Assembly: GCA_964435625.1 (NCBI GenBank)
Contig: CAYTAG010000002.1
Coordinates: 1-48,434 of the forward strand
Length of the DNA stretch: 48,434 bases
Source of the DNA: an uncultured Halobacteriales archaeon
GTDB lineage: Archaea; Halobacteriota; Halobacteria; Halobacteriales; PXRE01
Reading direction: 5' to 3'
Shown here: positions 18,668-27,038 of the stretch, in pieces
Numbering within the stretch: the stretch's first letter is position 1
Layout of the letters: every line of letters begins with the position of its first letter
Notes under the pieces: model-generated
The model's input: only the letters and a program-made list of their open reading frames with translations
Databases searched by the model: none
Told to the model about the DNA's origin: nothing
Position numbers and translations under genes: made by a program

Positions 18668-20053
18668 TTACGACAGATCCTCTATATACTGCTCGACCTC
18701 GAGATTCCCGTCGACCGAAATCGGTGCGCTGGCCGATTCCGTGTATTCTCCGACGACTGCCGGATCGGCCGGAGAGAGACCCAACAAGTCCTCCTTGAGG
18801 TTTCGAATCACAGTCGCGCTGGCGACGACGGCGATCGGTCCGTTCGTCTCGACCGTCACGTCCGGAACGGTCCAGCGTTGGCTGACGTGGTCGGTGATCG
18901 TCTCGCTCAACATCGGGATCTTCCGAATGTGGAACGTCAAATCGTTCGTCTCGGCCGGTTTCTGCAGGTCTCGAATCCCCGGTCCGGAGATGTCCGAGGT
19001 GTATTTGATGTGTTTCGACGGGTCGAACGACTCCTCCGGTCCCGGACAGTACCGAGCGAGCGCCCCGGCTACCGGTCGATTGTCGGTGGACAGTTCATGG
19101 AGCGCCGAGTCTTTCAGTTTCTCGGCTGAATCATCGATGCCGACGGTGTACATCGCAAGTCCACCGATTGGTCGGTGGAGCAATACCTGATCCCCCGGAG
19201 TAATCTGTCGCTCGAAGGTTGGCGGATCGTGGGAGATGCTCGCCGTCGCCGTCGCGCCGAACAACCAGCCGTAACCATCGTGTTCGAGAACGACACCTGG
19301 AAGCACCGTGACGTCGTTGGGTAGCGCACTCCCATACCATTCGTTTACCTCCTCGGGAGTTACGTCGTTCCCGGTCGTGACGACGACGATCGGTCTGATC
19401 GTCCGGTCCTCGTAGGCGCCGGCCGAGTAACAATCGTTGAGCGCGTGAAACGACGCAATCGCCGCCTGACGACGGACGGGTAACTCCGGAAACGCGTGGA
19501 TGATATCGACGTTGGCTACCATGTGCCCCTCCCGTCGTGGACCGACCGGTTCGAAGTGTTCGAACCACTGTACCATGCTGCTCGCTTCCGGAAGTTGGAC
19601 CGAGTGGCCCTTTCCGATCGTCACCGATCCGATCTCCCCCAGTGACTCGTAGATGTCGCCGACAGTGTCGAGAAACTGCTGTTCGCTCCCCCCGATGTCC
19701 GCATTCGCAAGTGTCGCCGTCAACGTCCACACGTGGCGGTCGGACTGTGGCATTTCGGTGGGTTCGCCGTTGCCGGCCTCGGCTTTCGCGACCGTGCGTC
19801 GATACTCATCGGTCAGAGGGAAGATGCCGACGTCGCCGGCTTCACCCAGTTCAACCCCCACTTCTCGAAGCCGTTCCGAGAGCTTTCGTCGGGCAGGGTA
19901 AATGACGTCCTCTAACGATATCTTCCCGCCACAGCCGCAGATAGAGTTAACCGCCTCGACGTCACGTTTTTCCGCTCCCGGCCCTAGGTTTGTATCGTTT
20001 ATCATGAATATTTTATAGAGGTAAGCTTGTTCTAACACCTTATTTATTTCCAT
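18668..20053 (-). CDS. PurM-superfamily (AIR synthase-related) ATP-dependent enzyme, SelD (selenide, water dikinase)-like
   Basis: 461 aa. The N-terminal loop VNSICGCGGKISLEDV resembles the SelD loop GAGCGCKISPKVLE. The blocks GDVGI, ANVDIIHA, HALNDCYSAGA and YTSDISGPG line up by eye with the four Asp-containing SelD/PurM motifs. There is an insertion of about 100 aa after the first block. An alternative start is the ATG at 20005. Confidence 0.7.
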   Translation of the reverse strand: MEINKVLEQAYLYKIFMINDTNLGPGAEKRDVEAVNSICGCGGKISLEDVIYPARRKLSERLREVGVELGEAGDVGIFPLTDEYRRTVAKAEAGNGEPTEMPQSDRHVWTLTATLANADIGGSEQQFLDTVGDIYESLGEIGSVTIGKGHSVQLPEASSMVQWFEHFEPVGPRREGHMVANVDIIHAFPELPVRRQAAIASFHALNDCYSAGAYEDRTIRPIVVVTTGNDVTPEEVNEWYGSALPNDVTVLPGVVLEHDGYGWLFGATATASISHDPPTFERQITPGDQVLLHRPIGGLAMYTVGIDDSAEKLKDSALHELSTDNRPVAGALARYCPGPEESFDPSKHIKYTSDISGPGIRDLQKPAETNDLTFHIRKIPMLSETITDHVSQRWTVPDVTVETNGPIAVVASATVIRNLKEDLLGLSPADPAVVGEYTESASAPISVDGNLEVEQYIEDLS

Positions 20054-20391
20054 ATCACCGCATCATCAAGAGAAAAAGCAGCGGGATTTTCCCTCCAGCG
20101 ACCTTCTAAGTACCGAAACACCAAAAAGGGAAATTCGCGGTCGGTCCGGTTCGAAACAGATCCAGTACATACATCGAATCATTCAGTTGTCGTGTTCCGG
20201 GTGCTATTCCCCGTCGCCCAGCGCAGCCAGAATTGAAAATCAACTGCTCCCCGATCGAGAGACACCCCCTTTCCGCACCTGTATCCGCTGATTTCCACAT
20301 CGCTCCGGGATTTCGTCCCGGCGGCTGACCGGACCGGCCCAAGAGAGCGAAGACAGAACCCCTATTGGCGAAGATTTTGTACAGGACGGTG

Positions 20392-21315
20392 ATGAACTAT
20401 CAAGTCCTCGTTACCGGATACGAAGGGCCGGATTTAGATGGCGTTGCCTGTTCGGTAGCATATGCCGAGTTCCTGCGAACGAACGACGTCAGTGCTATCG
20501 CGGGAGCATTCGGAACGCCCCATCGGGAAGCGCAGTTCGTGATGGATCAAGTCGGAGTGAACATAAACTGGATCGGGGATTTAGACTCATCGTTTGAAGA
20601 AATACGGCTCGTCGACGCAAGTGACAAACGGGGAATTTCGGATCAAATCGAACCCTCCACGGTGACAGAGGTGATAGATCACAGAAAAGACTACGACCAG
20701 GATGCCTTTCCCAACGCGGAGTTACAAATCGAACTCGTGGGTGCTGCCGCCACCTTGATTGGAGAAAAATTCGAAGCCTCCAACGTGGTTCCCTCTGAGG
20801 AAATTGCAACCCTATTGTATACTGCAATCATATCGAACACGTTGAACCTTCAGGCAAACGTTACCACCGAGCGGGACGAACGGATGGTTTCGTGGCTGGC
20901 CGATATCGTTGATATTCCAGAAGACGTCACCGATCGTATGTTCGAGTACAAGTCAGATATCGACACCGGAAGGCTCGAAGCGGTATTCGAGAACGATTTT
21001 GCGATCATTTCGGAGAACGACGCCCGGATCGGTATCGTTCAATTGGAGATCGTCGAGGTAGAGGAGTTCGTTTGTCGACACCGGGGCGGGATCGAAGCGG
21101 CGCTGAAATCCATTCGCGATGAGAAAGAACTGGACGGGCTATTACTTGTGGGTGTAGACGTTCGAAAAGGCTACGACGTGTTGCTATCTCACGACGAAGA
21201 CGTGGTTGCCCCCCTCGAAAGAAGCCTCGACGTCAGTTTCAGCGATCACATCGCGATCACGGAGCGACCGATCATGCGGAAGGAACTGATCCCCGAGCTG
21301 AGGGATGCGTTGTGA
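20392..21315 (+). CDS. DHH/DHHA2 phosphoesterase, family II inorganic pyrophosphatase-like with substituted active-site residues
   Basis: The track ORF begins at TTG 20365, but ATG 20392 (MNYQVLVTGYEGPDLDG..) fits the family N-terminus. Collinear with family II PPase: VTGYEGPDLDG vs FGHQNPDSDA; LVDASD vs LTDHN; VIDHRK vs VVDHHR; ISNTLNL vs ISDTLLL; C-terminal RKELIPEL vs RKKQVVPQL. Confidence 0.75.
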   Translation: MNYQVLVTGYEGPDLDGVACSVAYAEFLRTNDVSAIAGAFGTPHREAQFVMDQVGVNINWIGDLDSSFEEIRLVDASDKRGISDQIEPSTVTEVIDHRKDYDQDAFPNAELQIELVGAAATLIGEKFEASNVVPSEEIATLLYTAIISNTLNLQANVTTERDERMVSWLADIVDIPEDVTDRMFEYKSDIDTGRLEAVFENDFAIISENDARIGIVQLEIVEVEEFVCRHRGGIEAALKSIRDEKELDGLLLVGVDVRKGYDVLLSHDEDVVAPLERSLDVSFSDHIAITERPIMRKELIPELRDAL

Positions 21316-21795
21316 ACCCCGTACTCGATCCTGTCGCCGATCTCATTTTCATCGTCACATTTGGGTCAGATAGAGTCTCTTCGTGGTGATTGTGGAATCG
21401 TCGTTTCCTGATAGGACCCCGGACGAGTTCGAGCGCACGAACGACTGGGAACTGATCCCCGTCGAGGATAACTGGCACCGAATGCGGTCCCCCGCCGCGG
21501 CGAAATAGACGATTTCCACGAGAGGGGGCGTCCAGGTGGATGCGCAGGTAGCGGAGGACGGCGTGTTTTCAGCCGGTATCCCTGTTTTCGAGTGAACCGC
21601 GTAGTTGCACCAACGCGACGGTAAGCTTTCGAGGGATCGAAACCGTCTCTTCGACGAAGCCGAAGCGTGTTTGGGCTCAACAGCGCTCTCCCGCTTCAAC
21701 GCCGTCGTTCTGGCGACTCAGTCCGTGGATTCGACAGCGCTGTTCCGACTCACGTGTCCGGCTATCATCATCGCCCCGACCAGTTCGGACGGAGG

Positions 21796-22695
21796 TTACT
21801 CGCCGTGTTGTCGGTGGATGAACGCCGCCATGTCGTCCATCGACCCGGTGATCCCGTAGCATCCAACCGTATCAACGAGTTCTTCGAGGAGCGTGATCCG
21901 CTTCGACGTTTCCGTCCGATCCTCGATGACCGGAGTAACACTTCGCGGCCCGTAGAGTAATGACAAGTGGTAGTGAGAGAAGTACGCGATCTGGTTGAAC
22001 AACTCCCAGAGCGCATCGATCCGGGAAAACTCCTCGACTCGGATTCGGTCGTCTATCGGGAGACGCATCACCGAGTAGATCGCCTCGATGTCCACCGGCC
22101 CGCGGACCTGTGTGAGGCCGAGTTCGTCGTGTGTACAGGTAATCCCCTTCTGCCAGAGACCGTCGTCGTCCTCCGGAGAGCCGGGAAGGTCGACGTCGAA
22201 ACTGTCGAACTCGTAGTACAGGGATCCTTTCTTGCAAAGGACGACCGGCTCGCCGGCGACGGCGCTCTCGGAATTGATCAGCGTCCGGTCTCCCGAAATG
22301 TAGCCTGCGTCGTACTGCTCACACAGCTCGAAGGCAGTCGTCGTCTTCCCGGCCGTCCCCGGCCCGGTAAGCAACACTGCTGACCCGTCAATCTCGACGG
22401 CCGCCGAGTGCATCGACATACAACCGTCCTCGAGGTACAGCCGTTCGAAAACCCGGGACAAGAATGCCAGCACGTCGGATACCACGTACTGTTCGGACTG
22501 CATCCTGAGTACCGAGCGATCCTCACCGACGACGACCTCGGGATCACCTCGATCGACTTCCACCGTGTAGTCCGGTGTTGCGTCGGTGACTCGCGTTACT
22601 CCGGGAATCTCTCGTTCGATCTTTGTCTCTATTTCCGACGCTGCCGACTCGACACCGCCTAACTGGACGACCGACCCATGTGACTCAAATTGCAT
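21796..22695 (-). CDS. HPr kinase/phosphorylase C-terminal-domain-like P-loop kinase (HprK-related)
   Basis: The track start 22707 is TTG; ATG 22695 (MQFESHG..) is more likely. MHSAAVEIDGSAVLLTGPGTAGKTTTAFELCEQYDAGYISGDRTLI matches the H..AV..G.G.L..G.SG.GKS/T......G..L..DD pattern of HprK-like kinases. Confidence 0.65.
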   Translation of the reverse strand: MQFESHGSVVQLGGVESAASEIETKIEREIPGVTRVTDATPDYTVEVDRGDPEVVVGEDRSVLRMQSEQYVVSDVLAFLSRVFERLYLEDGCMSMHSAAVEIDGSAVLLTGPGTAGKTTTAFELCEQYDAGYISGDRTLINSESAVAGEPVVLCKKGSLYYEFDSFDVDLPGSPEDDDGLWQKGITCTHDELGLTQVRGPVDIEAIYSVMRLPIDDRIRVEEFSRIDALWELFNQIAYFSHYHLSLLYGPRSVTPVIEDRTETSKRITLLEELVDTVGCYGITGSMDDMAAFIHRQHGE

Positions 22696-22854
22696 TACTG
22701 TAACCAACAGTATGACCAGAATAGCTTATTGTTTTTGGTTAAAAGGACTGATGTTCAGATAAGTATCGAGGTGAGAAATAAAGGTACGTATAGCGATCTT
22801 CCAAGTAGAACATCCCATAAAACATATTTGAACATGCGCTCAATCCGCTTTCGA
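22696..22854. promoter_or_regulatory. AT-rich divergent promoter region between the HprK-like and adenylate-kinase-like genes
   Basis: About 160 bp with very low GC. A TATA-like AACATATTT lies about 25-30 nt upstream of ATG 22855, which is compatible with a leaderless transcript. Confidence 0.35.
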
Positions 22855-23478
22855 ATGAGAGGAGTGATCTTCGGACCGCTCGGGGCTGGCAAGGGGATAC
22901 AGTGTCGGAAGCTCCAACGCCGGGAAGGGGTTACGCACGTCGAAACCGGGACGATCCTCCGGGAGAACAGGGAAATGGAGACGCCACACGGAACACCGAA
23001 GGAGTACATCGAAACGGGCAAGTACGTTCCTGACGAAGTGATCAACAGCATCGTGGGGCAGGTTCTCCCCAAAGAGAGTTCGTTCCTCCTCGACGGCTAT
23101 CCAAGGACGATGGAGCAGGTATCGCATCTATCTTCGATCACCGATCTGACGGTGATGATCTACATGCACGTGAGCGACGAGACGTCGATACATCGGCTCA
23201 CGAATCGGGAGATTTGTAGCTCGTGCGGCGAGTCCTACCACGAAGAATACAAACCGCCGGAGCGGGAGGGGTTCTGTGACTCTTGTGAGGCACCGCTGGT
23301 CGAACGAATCGACGACACCGAAGAGGTCATCCGCGACCGGATAGAGGTGTACAAGGAAAAGACGGTGCCAGTGATCGAACACTACTGGGAGCGACTCGAC
23401 GTGATCTGTATCGACGCCGAACGGCCACATGACGTCGTCTGGGAGGAGTTTTCTTCAGCAATCCGTCCATACCTGTAG
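22855..23478 (+). CDS. Adenylate kinase family protein (long type with zinc lid), island paralogue
   Basis: 207 aa from ATG 22855 (MRGVIFGPLGAGKGIQ..); an alternative ATG is at 22834. Motifs: TGTILRE, LLDGYPRT, zinc lid CSSCGESYH...CDSCEAPLVERIDD, RIEVYKEKT.PVI. Confidence 0.8.
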   Translation: MRGVIFGPLGAGKGIQCRKLQRREGVTHVETGTILRENREMETPHGTPKEYIETGKYVPDEVINSIVGQVLPKESSFLLDGYPRTMEQVSHLSSITDLTVMIYMHVSDETSIHRLTNREICSSCGESYHEEYKPPEREGFCDSCEAPLVERIDDTEEVIRDRIEVYKEKTVPVIEHYWERLDVICIDAERPHDVVWEEFSSAIRPYL

Positions 23479-23880
23479 CAACACCGAAAGTGCTCCACCG
23501 ATCGTAACCGCATGAAGGTACATAATCGGGCGTTCTCGGGGCTACCCGCGTCACGCTCCCGGCACTAACGAACGAGGTAACGATCTCGACGCCATCCGTA
23601 TCGCACCCAGGGCCCTCTGGCCGAAGTGAGTGCAACATCGAGATTCCCGCCTGCTCGCTGTGATACGTTCAATCGGTACCATTCTGTTCATAGACCTCCT
23701 ACCCTACCGTCCCTTCCAAGAACCCGATACGTAGCATTGCTGGTGGCCAGTAATGGGTCAAAATCGCCTTGGCTTCTCGACTCTCGCTCACATTAGACTG
23801 CCTCGGATCCACACTTGATGGTGGGTTAGAATCGAGGTTATTTTATGCCTTGACTGGTAAAAGTACCGTAGGTAATTGTT

Positions 23881-24510
23881 ATGACCGAAAAGCAAGGAAG
23901 TTGGGACGACTGGTACGAAAAGGTAGAGGGAGACGTAGATCCAGATGTCATCGAATTGAAAGATGTGCTGGACGAGGAGGATAAAAATCGCGTTCTGGAC
24001 GTCGGGTGTGGGGCTGGACGACATCTCTTGTATCTGGCTCAACACGGGTTCGAGGTGCGCGGTTTCGACTTCTCCGAATCGGCTATCGACGAGTTAGAGG
24101 AGACGTTAGACGACGTTGACTACGATGCGGACGTGAGAATGGCCGATTTTGCCGAGGATTTCCCCTACGAGGACGAATCGTTCGACGCCGCGTTCGGGAT
24201 CAGGTCTATCAACCACGCTGACCTTGAAACGATCAATCATGCTGTGGACGAGATGTTCCGGGTCTTGAAATCATCGGGGTTGATCTACGTCCAGGTCCCG
24301 ACGTACGAAAAACTGGAGAAACTGAAGGAAGCCGGGGAGGAGTTCGAGCAAGTCGAACCCGGAACGAACATCCCCCTGGAGGGCCCCGAAGAAGGGGTCC
24401 CACACCATAATTTCCGGCGGGAGGAAGTGCTGGAGGTCTTCTCCGACTTTGACCCCGAGGAGTTCGAAAAAAGAGGGGACCACTACTGTTTGCTAGCGAG
24501 GAAGCCCTGA
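23881..24510 (+). CDS. Class I SAM-dependent methyltransferase
   Basis: 209 aa. Motif I is VLDVGCGAGRHLLYLAQHGFEVRGFDFSE. The post-I acidic residue and FDAAF (motif II/III region) are present. Confidence 0.8.
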   Translation: MTEKQGSWDDWYEKVEGDVDPDVIELKDVLDEEDKNRVLDVGCGAGRHLLYLAQHGFEVRGFDFSESAIDELEETLDDVDYDADVRMADFAEDFPYEDESFDAAFGIRSINHADLETINHAVDEMFRVLKSSGLIYVQVPTYEKLEKLKEAGEEFEQVEPGTNIPLEGPEEGVPHHNFRREEVLEVFSDFDPEEFEKRGDHYCLLARKP

Positions 24511-24551
24511 GAACGACCATCTGAGAGCAAAACACCTCCTGGATTCGTCAC

Positions 24552-25700
24552 ATGGATGAAACGCTACTACTGATCGGCACACCGTCCTTTAACGAAGAAG
24601 ACAACATCGCTCACGTCACTCGGACCGCGGATGAAGGTCTTAGAGAATATTTTCCCGAATCGGAGGCGGTCATCGTAAACGTAGACCAAAGTGAGGACGA
24701 TACTCGAGAACGGTTTCTGGCGACAGAAACGTATTTCCCGAAAGAGTATATCCGTCCCGGCCCGGAACTCGGAAAAGGTCGGAGCCTTCTTTCGTTACTC
24801 GAGTATGCGGAGGAAAGGTCCGGGGAGTTCAATGACGTATGTATCCTGACCATCGATGCCGATATTACGTCGGTTGAACCGGCGTGGATCGACGAACTGG
24901 CCACCCCCGTGTTGACCGACAACGTAAATTTTGCAACAGCCAATTACGAACGAAACAGGTACGAAGGGAATACTACGAACCACTTTTGCTATCCAATAAT
25001 CGCTGCCCTGTACGGCTGCGATCTCAGACAACCGATCGCAGGGGACTTCTCGATGGATTACGAGGCCTGTCGAACGTTCCTTGCCGCCCCAAAAACTTCA
25101 CCAGTCTATAAATACGGGATCGATTATTTCTTTTCCCTTAATGCGTTAGAGAACGATCTGAATATAAAAGAAGTCCCCCTAGGTGAGAAGAGACACAAAC
25201 CTAGTTTCGGGAAGATGGTGCCGATGTTCGAACAAATCGCCGCGACGACGTGCTTCGTTCTCAGCAGGAGAAATCACACAGGTACCGCGCGAAGTATTGA
25301 CGGAATAGACAACTCGAACGCGATAGGGGAGTACGTTGATAAGCCGTCACCGGAAGCGGTCGAACAACGACGGGAGACTGCTCTAGAACTTTTGACCCGA
25401 TTAGCGGCGAAAGACGAATCCTATACGGAACCGATATCAATGGATTCTATCAAAAACAAGATCCAACAAGAACGCCTTGAAAGCCAGGAATGGTGCGAAG
25501 TCCTGGGATCCCTCCTAGAATATGTTGACGAGCGGAGAATCTCGTCCGAAGAAGCGAACAGATTGGCGGAGGTCATCACACCCTTCTATCTATTGCGTGT
25601 CTTAACGTATTTCGATGAAATAGATGAGAAAGACAAAGAAGATGTCGAGGAATTACTCGAAGATCAGAAGAACCTTCTCGAAGAATTCGTTTCCTCGTGA
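24552..25700 (+). CDS. GT-A fold glycosyltransferase resembling mannosylglycerate synthase (GT78-like), with a C-terminal helical domain
   Basis: 382 aa. GKGRSLLSLL, ILTIDADITSVEPAWI (DxD), PIAGDFSMDYEA, YGIDYFFSL and EKRHKP parallel GKGDGMNTAL, IHFYDADITSFGPDWI, PLGGELLMRREV, WGIDTLYTF and GKAHRL of Rhodothermus MGS (recalled from memory). It starts 41 nt after the methyltransferase stop. Confidence 0.7.
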   Translation: MDETLLLIGTPSFNEEDNIAHVTRTADEGLREYFPESEAVIVNVDQSEDDTRERFLATETYFPKEYIRPGPELGKGRSLLSLLEYAEERSGEFNDVCILTIDADITSVEPAWIDELATPVLTDNVNFATANYERNRYEGNTTNHFCYPIIAALYGCDLRQPIAGDFSMDYEACRTFLAAPKTSPVYKYGIDYFFSLNALENDLNIKEVPLGEKRHKPSFGKMVPMFEQIAATTCFVLSRRNHTGTARSIDGIDNSNAIGEYVDKPSPEAVEQRRETALELLTRLAAKDESYTEPISMDSIKNKIQQERLESQEWCEVLGSLLEYVDERRISSEEANRLAEVITPFYLLRVLTYFDEIDEKDKEDVEELLEDQKNLLEEFVSS

Positions 25701-25924
25701 AAATCACCTACATCTCTTCCATTTCTTGGAGAATCCATAAACGCTTCAGCGTAGTCTCCTTCCGACTACTCATCGAGTCCCTTGACAGAAATCCGGGGTA
25801 ACCGGTGACGCATCACCCGATCTGTCCAGCAGAGGAGATCGGGCCCTGGAACGGACAGCAGCCGGCGGAAGCGAGCGGAATCGATCACTTCGAGAAACTC
25901 CGGCCAATTTCCTTCGTTCTATAG

Positions 25925-26833
25925 TTAACCCTCTCGGGAGACGAGTTCGTTTTCCATCCTCTTTCTCGCTTCCTCGATCGCTTCTTCCGGAACCGTTTCA
26001 CCCGTCCACAGTTCAAAAGCCTCTACCCCCTGATATACCATCATCCCGAGCCCCTCGATCGTCGTCGCCCCTCTTTCCTCGGCCTCTTTCAAGAACAACG
26101 TGGGAAGCGGATTGAAAATCGCGTCCCAGAAGACCATCCCTTCGAGGCTCCCGTTCGCTTCGGCCACGTCATCAAGTACCCCAGGAGCAACCACGGTCGC
26201 ATCCGTATCGGGATGCATACCCACGGGGGTACAGTTAAGAACGAAGTCCGCATCGACCAGTTCCCGTCGAAGATTGTCGTCCGTCAGTTCTAGGGACGCT
26301 GCCCCTTCTCCCCCCCAGGATTCGAGGTTTTCCACCAGCGTTTCTGCTCTTTCTATCGTTCGATTTATAATAGCCAGATTTTTCGTTCGCTCGTATACTT
26401 CCGAGCTTACTGCTCGGGCGGCCCCGCCCGCTCCCAGGATGACGACTTTATCTTCGTCGTCGATATTCCGCGAGCTTTTCTCGATTGACCGCAACGCCCC
26501 GATACCGTCCGTGTTGTATCCTATCAGTTTCCGATCTTTATTATGGACCGTGTTTATCGCCCCGATCTTCCGGGCGGTGTCATCCAACTCGTCTACGAGG
26601 CCCATAGTCCGCTCTTTGAACGGGAGGGTAATATTACATCCCGCGAAACCGAGGGCTCGTACCCCCTCTATGGCCTTTTCCAGTTCTGCATCCGTCTCGC
26701 TCGGCACCCTTACTTTAAGATGTTCGTAGCCACCGATCCCCGTAGCTTCAGAAAGAGTACCATACAAGGTCGGTGAGACACTATGCTCCACAGGATCCCC
26801 CAGAAGGGCCGTGATTACCTTGTTTTCTACCAT
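25925..26833 (-). CDS. Shikimate/quinate 5-dehydrogenase (AroE) family oxidoreductase
   Basis: 302 aa from ATG 26833 (MVENKVITALLGDPVEHSVSPTLY..). Motifs: NITLPFK, GAINTV, GYNTDG, ILGAGGAARAV, NRT, N.TPVGM, MVYQG. Confidence 0.8.
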   Translation of the reverse strand: MVENKVITALLGDPVEHSVSPTLYGTLSEATGIGGYEHLKVRVPSETDAELEKAIEGVRALGFAGCNITLPFKERTMGLVDELDDTARKIGAINTVHNKDRKLIGYNTDGIGALRSIEKSSRNIDDEDKVVILGAGGAARAVSSEVYERTKNLAIINRTIERAETLVENLESWGGEGAASLELTDDNLRRELVDADFVLNCTPVGMHPDTDATVVAPGVLDDVAEANGSLEGMVFWDAIFNPLPTLFLKEAEERGATTIEGLGMMVYQGVEAFELWTGETVPEEAIEEARKRMENELVSREG

Positions 26834-27038
26834 TGTGATTACGAAAATCTGGCTTACTAAAAAAGCTTTATACCTCGTCCCTCGGGCGGCCAGCGTATCC
26901 GGTGTTAGACCGGCTTCTGGCGGGTCGTTCGCAGGATCTCCGCCCACATCGCCCTGCGGAGAAGTGATCGAGGTTCGGCGGTCCCGTGATTCGTCTCCGG
27001 GTTGAGCCCGAGGGGTTCACGGCCCGTTCGTATTGCCA

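Noticed and set aside
20006-20053. A strong TATA-like CTCTATAAAATATTC lies inside the first 16 codons of the SelD-like ORF. This suggested that the true start is ATG 20005, or that a promoter is embedded there.
   Set aside because: The element is only about 6-14 nt from ATG 20005, too close for an archaeal TATA-to-TSS distance. No further in-frame start follows downstream. The start was kept at 20053, with 20005 as an alternative; TSS mapping is needed.
18668-20053. Selenocysteine recoding or a full selenoprotein system implied by the SelD-like gene.
   Set aside because: No in-frame TGA is needed to read any gene in the window (the SelD-like loop has Cys, not Sec). No tRNA-Sec, SelA/SelB-like or SECIS-like feature was recognised. 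The claim is limited to a SelD-like fold.
21316-21795. Small ORFs (21355..21699-, 21366..21680-, 21272..21478-, 21605..21859+) in the 480-bp gap between the convergent DHH and HprK-like genes.
   Set aside because: They overlap one another and have implausible composition. A short acidic plus-strand stretch (..PDEFERTNDWELIPVEDNWH..) may be a gene fragment, but it has no start context or recognisable family.
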